Source of the DNA: an uncultured Verrucomicrobiales bacterium
GTDB taxonomy: Bacteria > Verrucomicrobiota > Verrucomicrobiia > Verrucomicrobiales > DEV007
Length of the DNA stretch: 52,490 bases
Assembly (NCBI GenBank): GCA_938091905.1
Contig: CALKOM010000111.1
Location: forward strand, 1 to 52,490
Reading direction: 5' to 3'
In this document: piece by piece, positions 22,166-30,726 of the stretch
Numbering within the stretch: position 1 is the stretch's first letter
Layout: every line of letters begins with the position of its first letter
The notes under the pieces: generated by a model
What the model was told of the DNA's origin: nothing
Databases searched by the model: none
The model's input: only the letters and a program-made list of their open reading frames with translations
Made by a program: the position numbers and the translations under genes

Positions 22166-23077
22166 ATGCTGAAATCAATTTCACTCTCACTCGTTCTGGC
22201 CACCTTGGTGGCGTTCCCAGGTTCACTCACGGCGGGGGAATCAAAGAAACTGGTGCTGATCGCTGGCAAGCCAAGTCATCCCCCGCTTATGCATGAATTC
22301 CGTGCCGGGTGCTTTCTGCTTCAGCAATGTCTGAAGGGGGTGGAAGGTCTTAGCGTGGAGGTACACACGGAGGGCTGGGTCAGCGATGAGACTGTGCTGC
22401 AGGAGGCCGATGCGATTGTTATCTTTGCGGACGGTGGTGGTCGTCACCCTGCGTTGCAGGGGAATCACATGAAAACGTTGGATGCTCTTGTTAAGAAGGG
22501 CGTTGGGATCGGTTGCATGCACTATGGTGTGGAAGTGCCACCTGACAAAGGTGCTGATGAGATGGTTTCATGGATTGGTGGGCGCTATGAGCACATGTTT
22601 TCCTGTAATCCCATGTGGGAGCCGAGTTTCAAGGAGTTCCCCAAGCATCCAGTGACCCAAGGCGTGGGGCCATTTCAGATTAAAGATGAATGGTACTTTA
22701 ACATGCGCTTTGTTGGCGGCGTGTCGGGGAATGAACCTTCGACACATGATAGCATGACTTTCACGCCGATTCTGATCGGGAAACCTTCTGAAGATGTGAG
22801 AGATGGACCGTATGTGTATCCGAAGGGGCCTTACCCTCACATTATTTCATCAAAAGGACGTTTGGAAAGCATGCTCTGGGTTGTCGAACGCAAGGACGGG
22901 GGGCGTGGGTTTGGCTTCACAGGAGGCCACTTCCACATGAACTGGGGAAACGATGATTTCCGCAAGGTTGTACTCAATACCCTTGCTTGGGTTGCTAAGG
23001 TGAACGTTCCAGAGAGCGGTATTGAATCGTCTGTTAGTGAGCATCAACTTATGGCAAATCTGGATTGGAAGAAGTAG
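22166..23077 (+). CDS. Secreted ThuA-domain protein
   Basis: Signal peptide; LIAGKPSH...HE, ADGG..HP, HPVT.GV, DEWYF, GGRGFGFTGGHFH.NW. Confidence 0.85.
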   Translation: MLKSISLSLVLATLVAFPGSLTAGESKKLVLIAGKPSHPPLMHEFRAGCFLLQQCLKGVEGLSVEVHTEGWVSDETVLQEADAIVIFADGGGRHPALQGNHMKTLDALVKKGVGIGCMHYGVEVPPDKGADEMVSWIGGRYEHMFSCNPMWEPSFKEFPKHPVTQGVGPFQIKDEWYFNMRFVGGVSGNEPSTHDSMTFTPILIGKPSEDVRDGPYVYPKGPYPHIISSKGRLESMLWVVERKDGGRGFGFTGGHFHMNWGNDDFRKVVLNTLAWVAKVNVPESGIESSVSEHQLMANLDWKK

Positions 23078-23085
23078 TGCTGGCC

Positions 23086-23156
23086 GTAGGGTGACTATCC
23101 AAAGTCGCCAGAGGTCGGAGAGTTGTGTCGGAAACAACTTTGGAAAGTTGAGCTAC
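23086..23156. repeat. REP doublet, family A
   Basis: GTAGGGTGACTATCCAAAGTCGC...CAACTTTGGAAAGTTGAGCTAC, matching the 2595 element in the opposite orientation. Lies between convergent genes. Confidence 0.75.
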
Positions 23157-24193
23157 GGGGATTCGGACGAGAAGTCTTGAGTTTCTTCGCTGCCTGGGTT
23201 GGTGTAGCGCGGGTCTTTGGCGCGGATCTCGAGTTGGCCGGTTGAGGAGAGTTTAACCTGAAGAGGAACGAGCGTCAGGCCTTGGGGATTGATCGTCCAC
23301 GCTTTCTTCTCAACACAGAGTTGTTGGCCCTTAGCGGAGTCAAGTTCGTGCGTGCCGTTGGGAAACGCCGTGGTCCACCAACGGCTTCGGGTGTCTTGAA
23401 AGGGCGTGCCATGGCCACAGAATCGGCCCGCGAATTGTCGTGGGCCGTAGGGGCCTTCAAGGTGGTCGGAGGTACAGTAGTAAAGATTGTAGGTGCCTTG
23501 TCCAGGCGTGTCGGTGCTCCATGCTGTGCCGAACAGAACGTATTTGGATTCGATCTTTCGGATGGCGCAGCCTTCGTGGCCGAGTGCCCGGTCTGATGGG
23601 CCGATTTCGATTTCGACTTCGTCGCTAGCAAAGTCTGAAAGATCTGAAGTCAGCTTGGCAATCTTGGCGCAGCCCCAGAGGAGCCACCGACTGCCATCGC
23701 TATCGGTGAAAATAGAGGGGTCATGACGATGCCCAAAGTTCGTACCGAAGGGTTCTCGGTAATCGTCATTGTATTCACCGCCGTTGCTGACGAGAAAGTT
23801 GGCTCGGCTTTGATTCGTGGTGTGAACAGCGACCCATTGATCATCCATGAAGTAGATCTTGGGAGCCAGGATCGAGAGTTCCTGATCCTTGGTATCAGGC
23901 AGTTTGGATAGCCAGGAAGAACGGTCGATGGTCCAGGGGACGCCGACGGATTCCCATTGTGATAGGTTGGTGCTGCTCCAGAGTTCGATGCCTTGGGTCC
24001 CCCATAGGATGTGATCGAGTCGAGTGGCTGTTAGGAAGTAGGTGCTGCCATGACGATAGATGTACGGATCGCGCATCCATTCCCAGTGCATCACGTGGAT
24101 GGCTCTATTGTGGGCAGCAAAGGGATCAGTTGGTGCAGCCGCTGCTAGCAACTGGCATAGAAATAGGAACGGAAAGATGCTCAGAGAGGGCAT
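23153..24193 (-). CDS. Secreted glycoside hydrolase family 43
   Basis: MRDPYI, LWSS.NL..W, APKI, HDPS.F.D.DG, HEG, YNLYY, GPY..R, GHGTPF.D. Start at ATG 24193, which gives a signal peptide. Confidence 0.85.
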   Translation of the reverse strand: MPSLSIFPFLFLCQLLAAAAPTDPFAAHNRAIHVMHWEWMRDPYIYRHGSTYFLTATRLDHILWGTQGIELWSSTNLSQWESVGVPWTIDRSSWLSKLPDTKDQELSILAPKIYFMDDQWVAVHTTNQSRANFLVSNGGEYNDDYREPFGTNFGHRHDPSIFTDSDGSRWLLWGCAKIAKLTSDLSDFASDEVEIEIGPSDRALGHEGCAIRKIESKYVLFGTAWSTDTPGQGTYNLYYCTSDHLEGPYGPRQFAGRFCGHGTPFQDTRSRWWTTAFPNGTHELDSAKGQQLCVEKKAWTINPQGLTLVPLQVKLSSTGQLEIRAKDPRYTNPGSEETQDFSSESP

Positions 24194-24219
24194 AGCTATG
24201 CTAACCCTTCTTTTGAACC

Positions 24220-24375
24220 GCGGGTGCAGACGTCTTCTCTCCAACCCAACTTGTCTCGCGCGGGCTCGGGGGCGGCAGGGACGCCCGGACCCCCGTGCCC
24301 CAGGAAGGTGGGCACTTGCCACGAGGACAAGAGCATCACCATTCTTGGAGAGGAGACGCTGCGAGGCAACCGTGA
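24220..24375 (+). ncRNA. Putative structured ncRNA (6S RNA-like rod with branched tip)
   Basis: Nested stems: 24231-24244 with 24345-24358, and 24250-24264 with 24315-24331, plus two terminal hairpins. G-U pairs favour the + strand. TATGCT -10 box at 24197. Confidence 0.4.
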
Positions 24376-24381
24376 GTGGGC

Positions 24382-25317
24382 TTATGTAAGGTTTGGTGTG
24401 CTGCTTTTCACAGAGCGCACCTTGGTCGTCCAGTTGCGCTGTTGGCACCACCAGTGCACGGCGTAGTAGCCGATGCTGAACAGGCCAACGCTAGAGCCGG
24501 AGAAGGCTTGTGAGCCCAGACCTACATGGAAACTATCAAAAAGATCAGGGCGACCGTGGAAGTTAAAGAGCGCCAAGGATGTCACGCGGACTATATTGAT
24601 GACGAATGCTAGCAGAATGGCTAGGGGTGGTACGAGAATGTACCATAGCCAAGAAGGTGGACGAAAGGTAAGTAGGGCTAGAGCAGAGAGTCCTAACAAA
24701 TAGGTCATTGCTTCCATGCCCGAGCAACCGATGTTCACGTTCACACGTGACGCTTCGATTCCGACGAAGAGAGGTTGTTCCATGTAGGCGTCGAAGCCCA
24801 ATGTACGCAGGACAAGAGACACGGTCACGGCAGTGATGATGGCCATGTCAAAGAGCTGTCGGATGACTATCCAAGGCAAACCCAAGAAGAGAAAGAGGAA
24901 GGGGATTTGCCAATGGGTACGGAATCCTTTGCAGCCGTGGCTGACCAGGAGCCAGCTCAATGCGCTAGCTGCGGGATAGATGCGAAGCCAGGGATTGGCA
25001 CCGGAAGCAAGTCCATTGTGGCCTGCTCGACTCGGCTCATACATGACGCAATAGGCGATGACGCTAATCAAGATCCCGAAACCGATTAGGCGGCCTTCTA
25101 AATCAGCCGGCTTGTTCGGCTCGGGTTGTTGTCGATTGATAATGACAGCTCCGCCAAAGAAGAGCATCGACATGATGGCGTGATCGAGTTCCCCAGAGTA
25201 GATCGTCATTCCAACGAGTAGAAAGAAGAGAGCGAAACCGAGTAAATCGGAAGACTTGCCTGACCATCTAGGCGACTGGGAGAGCGCCGTGCGGAAGATG
25301 GTGGTGATCTTGTTCAT
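24382..25317 (-). CDS. Exosortase/archaeosortase family protein
   Basis: Multi-TM protein with catalytic Cys (V.IGCSG), Arg (NIVRV) and His (FH.GLGSQ.FS). Confidence 0.85.
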   Translation of the reverse strand: MNKITTIFRTALSQSPRWSGKSSDLLGFALFFLLVGMTIYSGELDHAIMSMLFFGGAVIINRQQPEPNKPADLEGRLIGFGILISVIAYCVMYEPSRAGHNGLASGANPWLRIYPAASALSWLLVSHGCKGFRTHWQIPFLFLFLGLPWIVIRQLFDMAIITAVTVSLVLRTLGFDAYMEQPLFVGIEASRVNVNIGCSGMEAMTYLLGLSALALLTFRPPSWLWYILVPPLAILLAFVINIVRVTSLALFNFHGRPDLFDSFHVGLGSQAFSGSSVGLFSIGYYAVHWWCQQRNWTTKVRSVKSSTPNLT

Positions 25318-25332
25318 GCGGTGAGAGGCGGC

Positions 25333-26418
25333 TTAGCTCTGACGGCGTTGTTGGAGCACCTGGAAAGCCTTGCCGGCGCCATAGGGGGAGAGCAGAAACT
25401 CTAGGGCGGGATCCATTTGTTTGAGCTGGCTGTCGAGATTGGGTAGCATCTGTCTGAGGAAAGCTCTCTGACTGGAAAGCGCCACATTCTCTAGACCCAT
25501 GGCGGTTCCCCAGCGCTCTAGGTCGGTGAAATTAACATCGGCAGTCAGGTCTTGGTGGCCGAAACGGTCATAGATCTCTGCGCCCTCTAGCCGCACGCCT
25601 TGGAAGTAGCCGCGAACGGTGCCTGCAGCGCGCTTGTGATAGATCTGGGGAAACGGGGCACCGTAGTCGATGGTCAATACTGAGCCGGTCTTGAGGTGCG
25701 GTAGCCACTCTGCCTGCCAATTGCGATAGCTCCAGTGAATCTCGCATCTCTGGCCGTCCTTGAGTGGTACGTTCTCCAAATTCCACTCTCCCATAACACT
25801 ACTGCCATGAGCTGTCTTCTCGTCGCTGAGAGGCTCATAGTCTTCTAACATGCCATCGTTGCCACGATCTCGAAGGATGAGTTCCTCCCAAACGCGTCGA
25901 CTACTATTCCAACGAACGATTGTTGCGGGGAAAGCATCGACGAGTTCGTTAGAAAAGATGATGGCTCGACCATCACAGGACTCTAAGGCATCTTTGACAG
26001 AGTCATGCCAACGTGCCTTAAGTCTTGGAAGGTTCTCTCGTTGGGTCTTACGTAGGGGGTCGGAGGTATCGACAATGTGATAGGTGAGCGATACTCGATG
26101 AACGAGCGGAAGATTGGCGATGAAGTCTCGAGCCAGTGACCCATCTCCTGCGCCGATTTCGATGACGTGCCATCGGTTTCCAAAGCCGGAGCCCAAGGTC
26201 TTTTTGCGCTCTTGCAATGCCCACTTGCCGACGGCTTTGCCGAGTGTGTCACTGATGGTGGCGCTCGTTGAAAAATCGCCTCGGCGTCCTACTGTCACGA
26301 TGTTGCTACTGTAGTAGCCGAATCGTGGATGATAGAGCGCTTCCCTCATGAAGTTCTCAAAGGACATGCGTCCGTCGAGTTCAACAAAGAGGTCTGCGAT
26401 GTGAGACTTGTGAGCCAT
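25333..26418 (-). CDS. SAM-dependent methyltransferase, MidA/NDUFAF7 family
   Basis: FM.EALYHP.FGYY, GDFSTS, EIGAGDG.LA, SNELVDAFP, TIDYG, QDLTADVNF. Confidence 0.92.
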   Translation of the reverse strand: MAHKSHIADLFVELDGRMSFENFMREALYHPRFGYYSSNIVTVGRRGDFSTSATISDTLGKAVGKWALQERKKTLGSGFGNRWHVIEIGAGDGSLARDFIANLPLVHRVSLTYHIVDTSDPLRKTQRENLPRLKARWHDSVKDALESCDGRAIIFSNELVDAFPATIVRWNSSRRVWEELILRDRGNDGMLEDYEPLSDEKTAHGSSVMGEWNLENVPLKDGQRCEIHWSYRNWQAEWLPHLKTGSVLTIDYGAPFPQIYHKRAAGTVRGYFQGVRLEGAEIYDRFGHQDLTADVNFTDLERWGTAMGLENVALSSQRAFLRQMLPNLDSQLKQMDPALEFLLSPYGAGKAFQVLQQRRQS

Positions 26419-26429
26419 GCGTGCGGGCT

Positions 26430-27062
26430 CTAAGCAGAGCGCCCCACGACGAAAGTTCCAGCGAGTTTATCACTAATTGACTGATTTCTTGGGCTGGGAA
26501 GGATGAAGAGCAGATCTGCGATGATGTAGGCGTTCAGTGCTCCGACCAAAGCCCGCCAGAAGCCGCCATGTTCGCGAATAATGGCACGAAGATTCTCAAA
26601 CTCGTAAGGATCGCCGCTGGCGATGAATTCGTGAATAGCGACGTGGAGGTGCCACAATCCACCGAGCTCGATTGCCACATAGGGGGCGAGCCTGCGCAAG
26701 CACTGGCCCCAGCTTGGGACGTTCATGGCGTGATCGACCACCCGGTAGTTTAAGGCGACGCCTCCGGGAGTGAGCCCCTTGAAGCGCATGAAGAAGAGGA
26801 GAATCAGAAAGTAGAATCCTGTGAAGACCGCCGCAGGGTTCACATTCCCATATTCAAAAGAGAGGTCGGCTGCTGGAGTGCTTAGGGGGATGAGAATGAT
26901 ATGAAGGAAGACGAGATCAATACCTGCTCCTGCCATGCGCTCAAATGGAGTGCTGTAAGTGTAAGCGGGATTAGGCGGTGACAGCTTGGGGCGAGGACGT
27001 GGAAGGTTCTGGTCTTCACTCGGTCCATCTTCTGATGGATCATCGTGGATAGATGCAGGCAT
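26430..27062 (-). CDS. RDD family membrane protein
   Basis: R..A..ID, G.TPG.......VV, NQSI.DKLAGT.VV. Confidence 0.85.
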   Translation of the reverse strand: MPASIHDDPSEDGPSEDQNLPRPRPKLSPPNPAYTYSTPFERMAGAGIDLVFLHIILIPLSTPAADLSFEYGNVNPAAVFTGFYFLILLFFMRFKGLTPGGVALNYRVVDHAMNVPSWGQCLRRLAPYVAIELGGLWHLHVAIHEFIASGDPYEFENLRAIIREHGGFWRALVGALNAYIIADLLFILPSPRNQSISDKLAGTFVVGRSA

Positions 27063-27073
27063 TTAGGGTTGCG

Positions 27074-29230
27074 TTAGTCTTGGGCGTTCGCTAGGTCCTG
27101 GCAACTCTTGATGTCGAGCTTGCCGGAGGCGAGACATGGAATGGCCTCGACGTGAATCCATTTCTTTGGAACCCATAGAGAGGGGATGCCTTCAGCCAGG
27201 AGGTGCTTGCGCAACGCGTCGAAGTCGAGCTCGGCGTCGATACAGAGCATGACGAGCGCCTCGCCTTTCGCTTCATCGGGGATGCCGACAATGGCGAGCT
27301 TACGCTCATCACTCGAACCAAACTCTAACGCATTGTTTAAATAGGACTCCACTGTTTCGTGTGGGACCATTTCTCCTCCGATCTTTGAGAAGCGGGAGAG
27401 TCGGCCTTCGATGTAGAGGAAGCCGTCTTCATCAAGCCTGCCAATGTCACCTGTCTTAAACCAAGAGCCTTGGAGTACTTCGGCGCTCTTCTCATCGTTC
27501 CCTAGGTAGCCGGTGAAGATATTGGGACCGCGAAGCCAGATCATCCCAGATTCGTGCACTGAGAGAGGGAGATCGGTGTCAGGGTCCGTGATGCGCACGC
27601 CTACGCCTGGTAACATTTGGCCCACAGAGCCGCGGCGCAGTGCTGGGATTATCGGAATAGCTGGGTTGGCGTCTGGCTCTGGATCGTGAAGGTTTATATT
27701 GGTCACGGGGGAAGTTTCCGTGAGTCCGTAGCCCTCTAGAATCTCTTGACCTAGCTTATTGCGGAACGTCTCAGAAAGGGCTTTGGGCAACTTTTCACCT
27801 CCTGCGACGACAAGTTTGACCTGAGAGAATTGTTCGGCGCTTCCTTTGCGGAGGTAGCCCCGAAGAAAGGTCGGGGTTCCGAGGATCAGGGTCGCGCGAT
27901 GCTCTTGGATGAGTTCGGCGAGTTTCTTGGTCTCGATCGGATTGCTATAGGTGACCATGCTGAATCCCTCCACGAGCGGAAACCAAAGGGTCACGGTGCA
28001 TCCAAAGCTGTGGAACAATGGTAGGCACGCTAATAGACGATCAGTCTTGCTAAGGTTGAGCCTGGAACCAAATTGATTGGTGTTCGCTAACACATTCGTG
28101 TGTGTTAGCGAGACACCCTTGGGTTCTCCTGAACTGCCGCTTGTGAATAGGAGGACTGCTTCTTTGTCGCCACCTTCTTTGGGGAGGCCGATCATGCTGG
28201 CGATCTTGGTTGCACTGAGGAATCGGCTGAGTAGGAGCCAGATGGCGATCCGCCATTTGACCTTGGGCAGCGCTTTCTCGATAAGAAGGGTCTGATCATC
28301 GGCTGGCCAGGCAAAGCGAGACATCTTCTGGCGCAGGGCATCGGCCGTGATGAAGAAGTCCAAATCTCCCTGACAGATGGCCGATTCGACGGCGTCCTTG
28401 CTTGCTGTGAAGTTGAGATTGACCGGGACTTTGTTGGCTAATAGGGCAGCGACGTTGGCGACGAGCCCCGCACGTCCCGGAGGAAGGATGATGGCCACGC
28501 GAGATTTTTCCGTCCGCGCCTTGATTACCTTGCTCAGGGCGAGCGCGGCGGCGAGGATGCGATCGTAGGGTGTTTCCGAGCCGTCAGTGCCATCAATGAC
28601 GCATGCCAGAGAGCCATTACGTTTCATGCCAATGAGAACGGCGTAGCCTAAGTGATAGTTGAGCAAGGGGCGTTCGCGGAAAGATTCCTCTCCTGCCTCC
28701 ATCATCTTTTCCTGGAAATTTGCTAGTGTAGAGGCTTCGCGTTCGATTCCTTCAGCGAAGACGAAAAGAGGTCCAGGATCCGGAAGGTCATCCTCAATGC
28801 TTGAACGCCAATCGGTCGGGCGGCTGACGGCGATGCCTTGAATGCGGAGACGTGTCTCAATGAGGAATTTGAGAGTGGCACTAGGAACGGTCGTGTTTGG
28901 GTTGGGACATGCTCGGGCGGTGCCCGGGATGAAGATGACTAGACGATCCGTAGCGATCTCGGGTTGGAGCTGCTTCTGCAGATCGATAGGTAGGCCCTGC
29001 TGCTCGTTGAAGGTGACCATTCGAACGCCTTCCTTGTCCAAATAACGCTGAAGCCGAGGATCTAGAACGGCTGCCTCTTCGACTAGGTAGGTGATCTCGC
29101 GAGGGGCGAGGTGTTTCTCCAGGACTAGCAGTTCATCGAATGCGAGTTGACTCGGAATTAGGAGTGCGCCTTTGCTAGAAAGCCTTTTGCTGCCTAGCGT
29201 TTGATAATGGTCTGCCAGTGAAGTTGCCAT
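27074..29230 (-). CDS. Aas-like acyl-[ACP] synthetase / AMP-binding enzyme with degenerate N-terminal acyltransferase-like region
   Basis: LFTSGSSGEPKGV, LPLFHSFG, GTPTFL, EGYGLTETSP, TGDIG, RFSKIGGEMV, LASGKLD. Confidence 0.88.
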   Translation of the reverse strand: MATSLADHYQTLGSKRLSSKGALLIPSQLAFDELLVLEKHLAPREITYLVEEAAVLDPRLQRYLDKEGVRMVTFNEQQGLPIDLQKQLQPEIATDRLVIFIPGTARACPNPNTTVPSATLKFLIETRLRIQGIAVSRPTDWRSSIEDDLPDPGPLFVFAEGIEREASTLANFQEKMMEAGEESFRERPLLNYHLGYAVLIGMKRNGSLACVIDGTDGSETPYDRILAAALALSKVIKARTEKSRVAIILPPGRAGLVANVAALLANKVPVNLNFTASKDAVESAICQGDLDFFITADALRQKMSRFAWPADDQTLLIEKALPKVKWRIAIWLLLSRFLSATKIASMIGLPKEGGDKEAVLLFTSGSSGEPKGVSLTHTNVLANTNQFGSRLNLSKTDRLLACLPLFHSFGCTVTLWFPLVEGFSMVTYSNPIETKKLAELIQEHRATLILGTPTFLRGYLRKGSAEQFSQVKLVVAGGEKLPKALSETFRNKLGQEILEGYGLTETSPVTNINLHDPEPDANPAIPIIPALRRGSVGQMLPGVGVRITDPDTDLPLSVHESGMIWLRGPNIFTGYLGNDEKSAEVLQGSWFKTGDIGRLDEDGFLYIEGRLSRFSKIGGEMVPHETVESYLNNALEFGSSDERKLAIVGIPDEAKGEALVMLCIDAELDFDALRKHLLAEGIPSLWVPKKWIHVEAIPCLASGKLDIKSCQDLANAQD

Positions 29231-29330
29231 GGGAGAGGAAGCCTAACTGTAGCCACTCGTCTCAATGATCCACTACTAAATTCGTTCGGCGTGCGAGGCT
29301 GCTTGATCCGGCCGGAGTTCAGGGGGATGA

Positions 29331-30179
29331 TTGGGCATGCGTTGGAATGCTCGGCAATTTGAATGGGACCTCTCGCAACGGTGCCTCATTATGGGAATCG
29401 TCAATGTGACGCCAGATTCCTTCTCTGATGGTGGGCGCTATCTCGATACGGAGGCGGCGCTCACTCATGCGCGGCGCTTGGTGGATGAGGGAGCGGACAT
29501 TCTTGATATTGGTGGTGAATCCACCCGCCCTGGGGCTGATCCGGTGGGTGTGGATGAGGAGTGTCGACGAGTCTTGCCCGCGATCGAAGCCCTTGCGAAG
29601 GAGTTCCCGCAAGTGGCGCTATCGATTGATACATCAAAAGCTGCCGTCGCCCGATCGGCGACCGAGGCGGGCGCAGCGATTATAAATGACGTCACGGGAT
29701 TGAAAGGCGATCCAGACATGGCAGGGGTGGCGGCGGACTGTGGCGCCGGGCTCGTGCTCATGCACATGCAGGGAGAGCCCGGGACAATGCAGGCTGCGCC
29801 GGTTTACAAGAATGCGGTAGCGGAAATTGCTGCGTTCTTGGAATGTCAGGGGCGCTTGGCGGTCGAGGCTGGCGTAGCGAGAGAATGCCTCGCGTTCGAT
29901 CCTGGGATTGGGTTCGGCAAGGGGCTGGATCATAATTTACAAATCCTTAAGCGCCTGGATGCGTTTCAATGCTATGGGCAGCCAGTCTTGTTAGGTGTTT
30001 CCAGAAAGTCGTTCATTGGTAAACTGCTTGGTGAGGATGAGATTGAGATGCGTCAGTGGCCAACCATTGCGCTGACATCTCACGCAGTGGAGCAGGGGGT
30101 CCGCATCGTGCGTGTCCATGATGTCTTGCCGAATGTTCAGGCTACGCGAATGACGCAGGCTATCGTGCGAGCGACTTAG
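29331..30179 (+). CDS. folP: Dihydropteroate synthase
   Basis: MGIVNVTPDSFSDGG, DIGGESTRPG, SIDT.K, INDV, DPGIGFGK, SRKSF, RVHDV. Confidence 0.97.
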   Translation: MGMRWNARQFEWDLSQRCLIMGIVNVTPDSFSDGGRYLDTEAALTHARRLVDEGADILDIGGESTRPGADPVGVDEECRRVLPAIEALAKEFPQVALSIDTSKAAVARSATEAGAAIINDVTGLKGDPDMAGVAADCGAGLVLMHMQGEPGTMQAAPVYKNAVAEIAAFLECQGRLAVEAGVARECLAFDPGIGFGKGLDHNLQILKRLDAFQCYGQPVLLGVSRKSFIGKLLGEDEIEMRQWPTIALTSHAVEQGVRIVRVHDVLPNVQATRMTQAIVRAT

Positions 30180-30666
30180 AGGATCTCGACCAACACTTGG
30201 TTGGTTAGCGGCAGGGTGAGAAAGCTACCGCCACCAGCGAGTACAAATGGCAAGAGGAGCTGATCGGCGAGCCGGCGTCCCACCGGTGCCGTGGCATTCT
30301 GACAGGGTGTGAAATTCTTGACCACATTGCGAACCACGGTTTCCGAAGTGCGGCCTGGTTCGCCGTGGGCGATGCCGAGTTCAGACACTTCCTGCCAGTT
30401 CGCTCCTATGAGCAGGGCATTGCCGGGGCCTGCGCTATCCGTAATGTTCTTGATGGCTATATTGGTATCGCTGCCCAGGTGCTTCTTCAGCGCGGTGGTT
30501 TCGCACGAAGCGACACGGCTTTCCAAATGGGCGCTGAGGACACGAGCCCAGACGGACTTCAGCTTTCCGCGTTCTAAGAGTTCACGAGGCTTCAGTGTTG
30601 ACGGCTTGATTTGCGCTGTGATTTGGCCTCCGCCGGCTGGCGTTTCAGCCCAGGCTTTGGGCGTTG
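30176..30666 (-). pseudogene. rtcA: RNA 3'-terminal phosphate cyclase remnant with deletions
   Basis: QRPKPGLKRQ is fused out of frame to PAGGGQI..IKP, followed by SAGPGN, G..G.TSE.V and LADQLLLP..LAGGG. The N-terminus and middle are missing. Confidence 0.85.
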
Positions 30667-30726
30667 ACTTATTTGAAGTCGCATAAGCTATCTTTGTATC
30701 AAAAAGTGTAGATCATTAAATAAAAC

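Noticed and set aside
24295..24315. SRP RNA (ffs), suggested by CAGGAAGG
   Set aside because: Lacks the conserved helix-8 pattern CAGG-NNN-GNRA-NNN-AGCAG.
24194..24451. N-terminal extension of the GH43 ORF as called in the track
   Set aside because: It runs through the structured intergenic element and overlaps the exosortase. The signal peptide begins at ATG 24193.
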